From the human T2T-CHM13v2.0 reference genome, Homo sapiens: a stretch of 64,000 nt of DNA. A model generated the notes under the pieces. That model did no database searches. It worked only from the letters and a program-made list of their open reading frames with translations, and had not been told where the DNA came from. Within the stretch, counting starts at the first letter, position 1. Each line of letters opens with the position of its first letter. The position numbers and the translations under genes are program-made. Location of the stretch: the NCBI RefSeq assembly GCF_009914755.1, contig NC_060948.1; one strand, written 5' to 3'. Of this stretch, positions 28,273 to 40,660 are shown piece after piece.

Positions 28273-29621
28273 ATTCAAAACTCAAATGATTCACTTTATT
28301 TTAAATAGATTTTCAAATGTATATAGAAAATACCCTTTTTCAATGGTACATTTTGGATTTAGCATATTTTTGTTCACTCTGAAAACTCCTTCAATATAAT
28401 TTCTGACTTGAACATAATTTCAATCACTTTTCAAAATTGCTGAACACTATTGTAGTGTTTCTGAACATTTATTTTGCATCATTCAAGACAAGATTTAAGT
28501 GATATTTACTTATTCCAGATTAGATCTATTGCTTCACTTAATGTAAAAGTTACCTAAGGATTTCTCTGTACAACCATAGGAGATCCAGGTGAAATAAGTT
28601 TCTGGAGATGGTTGATAATATTTGTGGAACAAAATAACTTTACTCCTGGCTTTGTTTTCACTTTGGCTAAATGGAGAGAATTCATTGAAACCTCTCAAAC
28701 TACAAGGTATCACTAAATATGTAACTGCATTTAGAATTTTATTAGCCCCAAATTTTGATTAAGAATTACATACCGCACAGTCCAGTGCTTTTTGTATTAT
28801 TTTTTCTCACTCATATATTTATTATTGTGATATTAATTTATTCATTTTCACCAAGGGTTAGCTGGTGAAGAAAGAAAAACAGGAAAATTTAAATCAAGCA
28901 ACATTTTAACCTCTGGCAAAAAGGAGATTGGGGTTTTAGAAGAAGTACAATATATGTGTAGGTTAATTTGTGTTATTTCTCATCTTCACTCCAGCCATTT
29001 GGGAAAAAAAAAATCTCACAAGTTGTTGTGACTTAATTTGTGAAGCTGACTGAGAATCACCAAGTTATATATAGATATTATCATAATAACCTTGGCAAGA
29101 ACTCTAGAACCTGAGAAAGTGCATATGGTGAAAACATACTCTGAATAGGAGAAAAATACCCTACTGAAAAGGAGTATTACAAATTTCTTTTTTTTCAACA
29201 AGTGGAAAAATATGTGAGCTAATATTTGGCTTGATTAAAGACATTGAAGTTATTGGTCTTATTGTCAGAAATGGCCAAACTGACTATAAAATGTTGATGG
29301 ACAAATGGCAATTGCTTCAAAACAAAAAATAAAAACAAGGACAATACCGATGCAGGCAATTCAGTTCAGAATTTTATTTCTGTATATTGGGTAACAAATT
29401 TAATATCCATTTCGAGTATCTGAGAATCAACACATGCATGAAAACAACCGAAGTTTAATTTGTGCACTAGCTTAACTCCTTTCTTATCTGTTAAAGTATT
29501 CTAAAGTTAATTGGGGTAAAACAGAAGCAAGATACATAAATGAAGAAAATGAAAAAATGAAAGTTTAATTTGTCAGCAATTTAGTTCTGAAATCTGGTCA
29601 TATGATGTTTTCTTTGTAAGC

Positions 29622-30078
29622 TTTTTTGAACAGTTTTAGATTTACAGAAAAATTGTGATAATAATGCAGAGTTCTCAAATAACCTCGCTCTTAGTTTTCC
29701 TTATTTTTAACATGGCATATTTGTTATAATTAATGAGCCAATGTTTATACATTATTATCAACTGAAATCCATAGTTTATTCAGATTGCCCTAATTTTTAC
29801 TATTAAGGACATTAGTCCTTTTCTGGTTCCAGAATCCCATCCAGGATTCCACATTACATTTATTTATTGTATCTTCTTAGGGCCCTCTGGACTGTGACAC
29901 TTTCTTAGACTTTCCTTGTTGATAATGACCTTGACAGTTTGGAAGAGTACTGGTCGGGTATTTTGTAGAATGTCCCTTAATTGAGATTTTTAATGATAAT
30001 TTTTCTTGTGTTTAGACTGGGGTTATGGGTTTTTGTGTGGAAGATTCCAGAGGTAGTGTATCTTGTCTCATCACATGC
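29622..30078 (-). mobile_element. L1MD/L1MC-type 3' UTR fragment
   Basis: CAGTTTTAGATTTACAGAAAAATTG…CCAGAATCCCATCCAGGATTCCACATTACATT…GAGTACTGGTCGGGTATTTTGTAGAATGTCCC. Confidence 0.7.
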
Positions 30079-30584
30079 TCTCAGGAGTAAGTGACAGCAC
30101 ATTTTTAACCTGTATAAGTTAGCATTTGGAATCATTTTGCTTTATGCTCAGGATTTACTCTTCACCCCTGAAGCAGAGACTCACCTGTCCTCCCTAAGTT
30201 TGAAGTGTAGTACAATTCAGGACATGCTCCTTCCTCAGATTCCTACCTATCATACAGATGACCACCTTCCCATTTTATTTTACTCTCTCAGTCTCTAATA
30301 AAACAATTGAGAATAAAATATTAATAGAAACATATTAAGTAAATGTGTTTCCCTTTCCAAATTTACTAAATAGGAAATGAGTGGTGTGGTACGTCCCACT
30401 AGCAATGAAAATTTCGGAAATCATGGCAAACAGTGGAAGATCCATTATAAATAAATAAGACCATTTATTTAGAAAAATTTCATTATCTCTCTCAGGGATA
30501 GCAAATGTCATAGTAGCATTTCTAATAGAGTCAACTGCACCAACTAATTAGTTATTAGGTAACTAAGAAAGGGTGTTGAGACTC

Positions 30585-31236
30585 TGTGACAGTTAATTTT
30601 ATGTATTAACTTGGGTAGGCCACCGTATCAGACATTTGCACAACCACTTGTCTGAATTGTTGTCAAGACACTTTTTAGATGAGATTAACTGTAAAACCAG
30701 TAGACTTTGAGTAAAGCAGATTACCCTCCATAATTTAGGTAGGACTCGTCCAATCAGTTGAAGGCCTTAAAAAGAAAAAGACAAACTTCTATCAAGGAAG
30801 AGAGAAATCTGCAAGCAGACTGCCTTCAGACTTGAACATTAACACTTCTCTGGGGCTCCAGCCTGCCAGCCTACCGTTCAGACTTTGGGCTGGCCAGCCT
30901 CCTAAATCATATGAGAAAATTTCATAAAAGAAATTTCTTTCTTTTCTTTCTTTCCTTTAATCTTTCTTCTTCCTTCTTTTAATCTTTCTTCTTCTTTTTT
31001 CTCTTTCTTTCTTTCTCTCTTTTTCTTTCTGCTTATTTCTTTATTTCTTCCTGTCTCTTCCTTCTTTACTTCCATCCTCCCTTCCTCTACTGTTCTTTTT
31101 CTTTCTTTTCTTTTCTTCTTTCTCTCTTTCCTTTCTTTCTATTTCCTCTCTCTTTCCTTCATCTTTTCTCTTTCCTTTCTTCCTTTGTTTCTTTCTTTCT
31201 CTCATTCTCTCTCTCTCTCAAACCCTGACTAATATA
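30585..31236 (+). mobile_element. MLT2D/MLT2C-like ERVL solo LTR with an expanded internal CT tract
   Basis: TGTGACAGTTAATTTTATGT…GAGTAAAGCAGATTACCCTCCATAAT…CCAATCAGTTGAAGGCCTTAA…AACCCTGACTAATATA. Confidence 0.8.
30934..31219. repeat. Polypyrimidine low-complexity tract, (TTTC)n/(CT)n, about 285 bp
   Basis: Almost exclusively C/T on the + strand. Confidence 0.95.
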
Positions 31237-31796
31237 GATTTGAATTTTTAAAAAATGAAACATCTTAACCAAGATCTGCCAAATAAGGTCAGGCCTAATA
31301 TGATACTGTTTCATCCAATATTACTGTTCTGAGAAGTGTATTATTTCAGTATGTAGATGGTTTAGCTAGAATTCTATTTGTCTCCAGTTTAATTAGTGGT
31401 TAATTTCTTAGGCTCTTCCATCATACTAATCTACACTCAATTCTCAGTTACTCCACTTGAAAGCTGTGTTACCACGGTGCAATATTTACCCTTTGATCTT
31501 TTTTCTCATTTATAAAATAAGGCTAGTGTTTGGTATACTGTGAAGAATAGTGGAAATACGTGATCTATGAACATTAGTTGGAGAGGGGAGGAACTATATG
31601 GTGAAGAAGAAAGTGAGAAAATCTTTCCTGTGGAGAGAAGCCTATACATAATTCACCTCACTAGACTACTGCCTTTTCCCATTAAACTAGAGTGTGAAAT
31701 GAAGAAAATGAACTAGTCAATCCTACTTGGAGAGATTGCTTCGGACCTGAGACATCTGAAATCTAACCACCTGACAAGCTGTGGGTGCTGGTCATC

Positions 31797-34196
31797 TATT
31801 TTAGTCCATTTAGGATGCTGTAATAAAATAACTTAGACTGGGTAACTTGTAAATAGCAGAAACTTACTGCTAGCAGTTCTGGAGACTGGGAATTGTAAGA
31901 GCAAGGCACCAGCAGATTCTGTGTCTGATAAGAGCCCTTTCCTCTTGGATGATATCTTCTATGTCTCCTCACACAGCGGAAGTGTCAAAAAGGCTCCTCA
32001 AAGCATCCTTTATGAGAGCACTAATTCTATTTATGGGGTAAAACCCTCAAAACTTAATCACCTCCTAAAGACCTCAACTCTTAATACCATCATCTCGGTG
32101 GTTAGGTTTCAATATATGAATTTTGGGGGGAAACAAATATTCTAAGTCACAGCAGTCTGCTCCTGAACCCACAAATTCATTTCCTTCTCATAAGCAAAAT
32201 ACATACATTTCATTCTAATAGCCCCCAAGGTCTTATCTCATTCGAGCATCAACTCAGAAGTTTAATATCTCATCCAAAGTCTCATCTAAGTATCACTTAA
32301 ATCAGATATAAGTGAGACTCAAGGTAAGATTTATTCTGAAGTAAATTTCTCTCCAGCTGTGAATTTATGAAATTACACAAGTTATGTGCTCCCAAACTAT
32401 AATGGTGGAACTAACACTGGATAGATAGTTCTTACACCAAAGAGAGAAAGAAGAAAAAAGAAAGCATAACTAGTCCCAAATAATTTCAAAACCCAATAGT
32501 GTAAACATTAAATCTTAAGTCTTGAAAATAAACTTATGTGATTCCATGTGCAGCCTTTTGTACACATTGAGGTGGGGGTTGGGTTCTCCACACTCTGGGC
32601 AGCCCTGCTTCTATGGCTTTGCTAGGTAAGACCCACAATGTAGCTCTCATGGGTTGAAGGTTGGTGCCTGCAGCTCTTTCAGGCTGCAATCGCATGGCCG
32701 TGGCTGTACTAATCTGAGGTTGTGAAGGTAGTCTTGTAACCATCTTTTCACTGGGTATTTCCCTAGTAGGGGCTCTTTTTGGTGGCCCTCATAGTTTCAC
32801 CGGTCATTGCCCTAATGGGGGATTTCTACAGTGGCTCTACCACTTTAGCAGTTATTTGCCTGGGCCCTGAGGCTCTCCAGGGCAACCTTTGAAATCCAGG
32901 TGAAGGTAGGCGTGCTTCCAAAGCTTGTGCAAGTTGCACCTTCCTGGAGATGACACTGTGTGGATGCTACCATGGTTTAACACCTGTGCCTTCCAGAGGG
33001 GCAACCAGAGCTGCACCTGGGCCTGCTTGAGCCACAGATGGGGTGGCCAAAGAGTGCTTTGCTGGAATGTGGAGAGTAGAACTTTGTCATCATTGTGCCC
33101 CAAAAGCCCTGGCATTTTGGGCCTGTAATGGGTGGTGCAATCCCGAAGATCTCTGAAATGCTTTTAGGATCATTCTTCCATTGTCTTGATACAAAGCATC
33201 TGGCTTCCTTCTATTCATACTAATCTCCTTATTAAACACTCACTTGGCCACATCCTTGATGTTCTTTCCTGAACATTTTCCCACTCTTTAAAACATGGCC
33301 AGGCTGAGAATTTTCCAAACCTTTAAGCCCCCCTTTCCTTTTGATTATGAATTCCAATTTTGTTTCTTTTTTCTCACATTTTACTATAAGCAGTCTAGTA
33401 GAGTCATGCCATACCCTCAACCGTTTGCTTAAGGATTTCTTCTACCAAATGTTCTATTTCATAACTCCTTCCCTGGAACACTATGATATGAACATAATTC
33501 AGCCAAGTTGTTTGCTGGTTTATATCAAGAATCACCTTTCATCTAGCTTTTAACAATCTTTCCTCATTTCAGTCTGATATTTCATGAGAATGGCCTTCAC
33601 TGTCACAAACATTCTGGTGGTGATCACTTAGGTAATTTCTAAGAAGACTGAGGTTTTCTCTACAGCTCTCTTCTTATTTGAAGACTTCACCAGAATTTCC
33701 CTTTTTAGTCAGTTCACAGCAGTACAGGCTGCTTCTACCATACACTTCAAAATTCCTCCAGGCTTTACCCATTACCGAGTTCCAAGGTGCTTTCATATTT
33801 TTATGTATTTGTTACAGCAGCACCCCACTTCTTATAACCAATATCTCTCTGTGTCTATTTGGGCTACTATAACAAAATATCTTAAACTGAGTAATTTATA
33901 AGAAACAAATTTATTGACCATAGTTCTGGAGGCTGGGGAATCCAAGAACAAGGCACCAGCAGATTCTGTGTCTGATGAGAGCCTGTTCCTCTTGAATGGC
34001 ACCTTCTTTGTGTCCTAACATGACAAAAGGGGTTAAAGTCTTCCTCAGGCCTCTTTTATAAGGGCACTAATTCCATTCATGAGGCAAAGCTTTAATGACC
34101 TAATTACCTCCTAAAGACCTCAGCCATGAATACTATCAGTGTGGTGGTTAGGTTTCAACATATAAATTTTGGGGAAGATACAGTCAGACCACAGCA
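31797..34196 (-). mobile_element. Two-LTR MLT1A/MLT1A0 MaLR with internal region (LTRs ~31797-32154 and ~33848-34196)
   Basis: Two direct repeats of ~350 bp sharing CAAGGCACCAGCAGATTCTGTGTCTGAT and GTGGTTAGGTTTCAA…ACAGCA flank ~1.7 kb of MaLR internal sequence (minus-strand LENSQPGHV, MRLQPERAA remnants). Confidence 0.85.
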
Positions 34197-34427
34197 CTCA
34201 CCTAAAGAACCAAAGAGTTTGTCATTCTTTATTGCTTTGAGGCACCATGTTTATAGGCATTTTCAAATACCTTACCTGACCATGACCATCACATTATGGC
34301 TAAAAATTTATAATTGCAACACTGTTAGTAAGGAAGGAAGTAGCCAAGGAAAGAATCAAGGGAAACAAGTATTTCCGGAGTGAGCTAGTGAGACAAGAAA
34401 GGAAATAAGTGAGGCCTGAAAGAGAAT

Positions 34428-34665
34428 GTTCATGCATCTGATGAGTATTTAGTGAGTGACTATAATGTAGCAAGCATTGTTATAGGTGATGAAAATACAA
34501 TGTCGACAAGAAAAGCAGTGTCTCTGTTATGGAGCTTACCATCTAATGATATACTGGGGACAAAACACAACAAACGAGAACACACAGACACCTGTAACAG
34601 AATGTCTGATGGTGATAAATGAATAAGGAAAATCAAAGAAGGTAATATGATACAGGCTATTTTAT
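34428..34665 (-). mobile_element. L2 3'-end fragment
   Basis: GAGTATTTAGTGAGTGACTATAATGTAGCAAGCATTGTTATAGG…ATGGAGCTTACCATCTAAT resembles the reverse L2a 3' end. Confidence 0.6.
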
Positions 34666-34671
34666 CTAAGA

Positions 34672-35090
34672 TGTATATCAGTTAAGATGAGTTTAGCTCC
34701 ACATAACAGAAAAACCCTAATGTACATGGCTTCAAAATGAGAATTTCATTATTTTATTTTACATGATATCCTGAGGTAAGAAAGTTTCTAATATGGTACA
34801 TCTCAGCTCTGAATTTGTTTCTTTGTATTTCCATTGCTTTCTCCTATTGTTGTTTTTTGTCTTTATCTTCAGGATGATAGTAAAATTATTGCTAGAGTTT
34901 CATCGTTGCATCTGGACACAGCAACATTCTTAGAAAGAGGAGGACATATCCCTCTTTAAGAATGAGAAAAATCTATCTCAGGAGCCTTCCAGCTGACTAT
35001 TTTATTGGCCAAAATGAAGTTGTATGCCCTAATTAAAACCAATCACTGCTAAACTGAGTGGAAGGCCATGAATAAATTAGACTATATGGA
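34672..35090 (-). mobile_element. Old MLT1 (J/K/L-like) LTR
   Basis: TGTATATCAGTTAAGATGAGTTTAGCTCCACATAACAGAAAAACC…ATTGGCCAAAATG; highly diverged. Confidence 0.45.
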
Positions 35091-35399
35091 ACAGATTTAG
35101 TGTAAGTACCATAACCACTTTTGAAGGTATTTGTGAGAAGACATTTGAGAAGAGATGAGATATGAATCATAAAAAGAGGCAAATATGTGATGACTTGAGA
35201 GTGAGAAGATGTTATAGGTAAAGGAAACACCAAGAGTAATTTTTTGGAAGCCGAAGAGGAAAATAATATCAATGAAATGTGAGTATTTGGTTATGTTAAA
35301 TGCCAAAAATTTAAGTTAATGGTCTCTCACCACAAATGGACCTTACTGCTGGCCTACAACCCTATTGTATTAATTTGTTTTCTCTCCTAATTTGGAGAT

Positions 35400-36110
35400 T
35401 ATTAGTCCACTCTCTCACAGCTGATGATCTTGTTTCCTGTTTCAGTGAGAATATTAGAGCAACACAAATAGAATCTCCACAGCTCTCACCATCAATCCTT
35501 ACTTTCAACTACTTGCATCTCTGACTATGTAGTCTTCTTCCTCTCCTGTTTTTATCAATGACCTGTTGAAACTCTAATTTAAGGTCAGTCACCATAGATG
35601 TGCATTGGATCAAATCCTCTGTTGCCTATTTAAACAAATTGCTTCAACAGTCTTCCCCTATCTTCTGTCATTAGCTTTTGTATCTTTACTGTACATTCTT
35701 ATCACCATTAAAATGTGTAATTGTTACTGCTACTTAAAAAGTTATTTCCTGACCTTATTTCAGCCTCCAGTTCCTATTCCTTTTTTATCTTTCCCCTTCC
35801 AAAAAACTCTTTAGGGGAGCTGTTTTTAATCAATGTCTCTAATTAAGCCATTGATTGATCTCTAATCAGCTATTTGTCCCACAACTGTACCAAATTTCCC
35901 TTACCAAGGTAACCTATCACACCATGCTGCTAAATGCAATGGCAAGTTTCTCAATTCTTACTGAAGTATTCAGAAACATTTGACATAGTTTAAGCATCCA
36001 CATCATGCAAATTTTTCTTCACTTGACTTGTATGACACCAAATGTGTCTGGTTTTTCTTCTACAGCTCTAGCTGTTGCTTCTATTTTCAATTATGCTGGG
36101 TTCTCATCAT
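35400..36110 (+). mobile_element. L2 ORF2 fragment
   Basis: CTCTCACAGCTGATGATCTTGTTTCCTGTTTCAGTGAGAA…TGCTAAATGCAATGG…ACATTTGACATAGTT. Confidence 0.6.
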
Positions 36111-36480
36111 ATCCCCAAGGTCTTTTTCTGTTTCACGCAATCTGTTTTTCCCTGAGATGTAATTCATGTATCACAAAATGCATCTGCTTAAGGTGAACAA
36201 TGAAGTGGTTTCAGTATATTCAAAAAGTTGAGCAACCATCAGTACTATTTAACTCCAGAACACATTTCCTCATCCCTAAAAGAAATCTTTTGCCAACAAA
36301 AAGTCACTACTCTACATCCCCCGGTCCAAACCCTATGCAACCAATAATCTTCTTTCTGTTACAGATTTACAAATTGTGGATGTTTTATATAATTGGAATC
36401 ACAATATGTGGTCTTTTGTGATTGGCTTCTTTCATTTATCATAACGTTTACAAGGTTAATTCATGTTGTAGCATGTATGA

Positions 36481-37751
36481 TTAGGTTGGTGCAAAAGTAA
36501 TTGTGGATTTGGACCATGAATTTTAAATCATTATAACTAGGCTTAAGCACACTTTTATTAATCAAAATAGAAACCATTACAATCAGCTCATTTTTGCCAA
36601 CAAGAAATAAGTATGTTTATTCCTGTAACATAAAAATCTGTGCTTTGGGATTCAATGAACTCTTGGAAGGCATTTTCTGCATCTTGCTGGTAGAGGAAGC
36701 ATTTTCCATGCAAAAAGTTGTCGAGATGCTTGAAGAAGTGGTAGTCAGTTGGGGAGAGGCCAGTTGAATATGATGGATGAGGCAAAACTTTGTAGCCCAA
36801 TTCGTTAAACTTTTGAAGCTTGGTTGCACAAGCTGCAGTTGAGTGTTGTCATGGAGAAGAATTTGGCCTTTTCTGTTAACCAATGCCTGTTGCAGGCATT
36901 GTAGTTTTCGGTGCATCTCATCAATTTGCTGAGCATACTTCTCAGATGTAATGGTTTTGCTGGGATTCAAAAAGCTGCAGCAGATGAGACAGGCAGCAGA
37001 TCAACAAACTGACCATGACCTTTTTTTGGTGCAAGTTTGGCTTTGGGAAGTACTGTGGAGTTTCTTCTCAGTCCAACCACTGAGCTGGTGGTCACCGGTT
37101 GTCATATAAAATTCACTTTTCATTGCACATCACAATCCAATAGAGAAATGGTTTGTTGTTGCGTAGAATAAAAGAAGATGACACTTCAAAACAATTCTTT
37201 TTTATTTTTGCCCAGCTCATGAGGCACACACTTGTCGAGTCTTTTCACCTTTCCAATTTGCTTCAAATGCCGAATGACAGTAGGATGGTCGACGCTGAGT
37301 CCTTCAGCAACTTTTCATGTAGTTGTAAGAGGATCAGCTTCGATGATTGCTCTCATTTGGTCATTGTCAACTTCTGATGGCTGACCACTGTGCTCCAAAT
37401 CGCCAAGGCTCTCATCTTCCTTGCAAAACTTCTTGAACCACCACTGTATGTTCATTACCAGTTCCTGGGCCAAATGCGTTGTTGATGTTGCGATTTGTCT
37501 CCACTGCCTTATGACCTATTTTGAACTTGAATAAAAAATCACTCAAATTTGCTTTTTGTCTAACATTATTTCAATAGTTTAAAATAAATATAAAATAAAC
37601 TGCAAGTAATAAGTCATTAGCAAAAAAACAAAGCGAGAAATGTGCATTAAAATAATGTATAACATAACAACACTTATTTAAAAATGTATTCCAATATCAA
37701 ATCACAGATTTCAACAATGCAAAAATCACAATTACATTTGCACCAACCTAA
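36481..37751 (-). mobile_element. Full-length Hsmar1 mariner DNA transposon (non-functional)
   Basis: TIRs TTAGGTTGGTGCAAAAGTAATTGTGG (36481) and CACAATTACATTTGCACCAACCTAA (ending 37751), TA at 37752-53, 1271 bp long, with transposase remnants inside. Confidence 0.97.
36558..37575 (-). pseudogene. Hsmar1 (SETMAR-like) transposase pseudo-ORF
   Basis: TITSEKYAQQIDEMHRKLQ…ILLHDN and GYKVLPHPSYSTGLSPTDYHFFKHLDNFL…INILISCWQK. Start codon mutated to ATT, frameshifts present, premature TGA at 36588-90, and YSPDL changed to YSTGL. Confidence 0.95.
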
Positions 37752-37907
37752 TAGTAGTTTATCACTATTAAGGCTGAATAATATTCCATTGTATGGAAAA
37801 ACAACATTATGTTTACCCATTCCTCTGTTGATAGAAATTTGTGTTATTCCCACTTTTTAAATTATGAGTAATGCTGCTGTGAATATCCACATTCAAATTT
37901 TTGTGAG

Positions 37908-38288
<381 letters not shown>

Positions 38289-39246
38289 TCAAATAGTAAC
38301 TTCCTATCTAATCTCTGAAGAACTGCCAAACACTAATTTTCAAAGTGGCTGTACCATTATATATCCCCACCAGCAATGCATAAGGTTCACATTTCTCTAC
38401 ATTTTCACTAACATGTGATATTGTCAGTCTTCTTGATTATAGCCACCCTAATGAGTTTTATGTGGTCTCTCGTTGTGTTTTTGACTTTCATTTCCCTACT
38501 GATTAAGAGTGGTCAGCATTCTTTTATGTGCTTATTGGCTATTTGTACATCTCCTTTGGATAAATTTATGTTCAAATTCTTTGTTCATTTTTAATTGGAT
38601 TATTTGAATGTTTATTGCTGAGTTGTAAGAGCTATTTATATACTCTAGACACAAAATCATTATAAGATATATGACATGCATTTTTCTTTATTCTCTGGTT
38701 ACATTTCGTGTTCTTAAAAGTGTCCTTTGAAACAGAACATTTGCTTTAGTTTATGTGCAGTGGAAATATCAATATTTTCTCTGGCTGCTTGATCTTTGAT
38801 CTTTTTGAAAATTGTTTTCTACAAACTATCTTTTTAAAAACATTCATAAGAACTTTAAAATAAGCTTTTAATTTTTTTGCCAAAAATAATGCCAGCTTAA
38901 ATTTTGTTAGAGACTTTGTTCTAACTATTGATCACTTTGGGGAATATTGACCATTTTAACATGTCTTATGATCAATTAAGCCTTCTGATCAATAAACATG
39001 GGATGTATTTCTTTTTAGCTATTTTACAAAATTTTTCTTTCAATGATGTTTTGTAGTTTTCATAGTGCCAATTTTGTACACCTTTTGTTAAACTTATTCC
39101 TAGATATTTTATTGTTTTTGATGCCACTACAAATGAAATTATTTTCTTAATTTTATTTTTAAGTTTTTAATAGCTAGTGCATAGATATACCATTAACTTC
39201 TATGTATTGGTCATGTATCCTGCAATCTTGCTAAACTTCTTTATGA

Positions 39247-39284
39247 GTGTGTGTGTGTGTGTGTGTCTGCGTGTGTGTGTGTGT
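39247..39284. repeat. Interrupted (TG)n microsatellite
   Basis: (GT)10 CTGC (GT)7. Confidence 0.95.
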
Positions 39285-39380
39285 ATAATTTTTTTATATA
39301 TACAAGGTTATATCCTCTGCATATATAGATGTTTACTTCTTCCTTTCCAATATGAATGCCTTTTTAAAATTTTTCTAGCC

Positions 39381-39785
39381 TGTTTTAGTTTGCTGATGCT
39401 GCCATCACAAAACACCACAGACTAGGTGGCTCAAACAACAGAAATTTATTTCCTCACAGTTCTGAAGTCCTGAAGTCCACAATCAAGGTGTTGGTAAGCT
39501 TTGGATGTATTTGGGGCCTCTTTCCTTGGCTCACAGATGATGGTCTTCTCACTATGTTCTTAACATTTTTTTCCTCAGTGCACAGACATCCCTGGTGTCT
39601 CTTTTGTGTTTCCAAACCCCTGCTTATAAGACAAGTCACATTGGAATTGGACCCACCATAATGGCCTAATTTTTAACTTAATTCGTTTTTAAAGTTCCTT
39701 AGTCCAAACACAGTCACATTCTGAGGTACTCAAAGTTAGGACTTCAACATATGAACTTGAAGGGTATGCAATTCAGCTGATAATA
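39381..39785 (-). mobile_element. MLT1B-like solo LTR
   Basis: TGTTTTAGTTTGCTGATGCTGCCATCACAAAACACCACAGACT…CAGTCACATTCTGAGGTACT…AGGACTTCAACATATGAA. Confidence 0.75.
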
Positions 39786-40630
39786 GTACCTTGCAACCTC
39801 TAATACTGAATTCATTTATCAGATTTAGGAATCTTCTGGCAGAATCTTTAGAGATTTCTAGGCATAAAGTCATATTATCAGCCAACAGAAGTAGGTTGAC
39901 TTCCTACATTTTTTTGTCAGTTTGGATGTTCTTTATTTCTTTCTCTTGCCTGATTGCTCTGGGTAGGACTTTCAGTACTATGTTGAATAGAAGTGCTGAA
40001 AGTGGGCATCTTTGTCTTGTTCCAGTTCTGAAGGTAAATGCTTTCACCTTTTCCACGTCAAGTATGATGATGGCTGTGTGTTTGTCATATATGGACTTTA
40101 TCATTTTATTGTATTATTTTACTTAATTATTTTAATATTTTGAGGTATGTTATTTCTATGTGTAGTTTGTTGAGGGATAAAGAGATGCTAGATTTTATCA
40201 AATGCTTTTTCTGGAACTATTGAGATGATCATATGATTTTTGTTTTTAATTCTGTTTATGTGATGAATCATATTTATTGACGTGCATATGTTAAAACATC
40301 CCTTCGTCCCTGAAAGGAAATCCACTTGTTCCTGGCAAATTATTTTTTGACATGCTGTTGAATTTCATTTGCTAGCATTTTCTTGAGGTTTTTTGCGTCT
40401 ATGTTAACCAGGAATGTTTTCTGTAGCTTTGTTTTCCTTCCTTTGTTGTCATTTTCTGATTTTAAGATTAGGGTAATACTGGTTCCTAAAAAGCAGTTAA
40501 GGAGGAGTTCCTCCATCTCAATATTTTGAAATAATATCAGTAGCATTGGTAATAATTCTTCTTTAAGTGTCTAGTAAAATTTAGTTCTGAATGCATTTAG
40601 CCCTGGGATTCTTTTGTTGTTGGCAGTTTC

Positions 40631-40660
40631 TGTTTGTTTGTTTGTTTGTTTGTTTGTTTT
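40631..40660. repeat. (TGTT)7 tetranucleotide repeat
   Basis: TGTTTGTTTGTTTGTTTGTTTGTTTGTTTT. Confidence 0.9.

Noticed and set aside
36558-37575. A functional or domesticated transposase (second SETMAR-like gene)
   Set aside because: The start codon is lost, there are frameshifts and premature stops, YSPDL is mutated, and no SET-domain exon is nearby.
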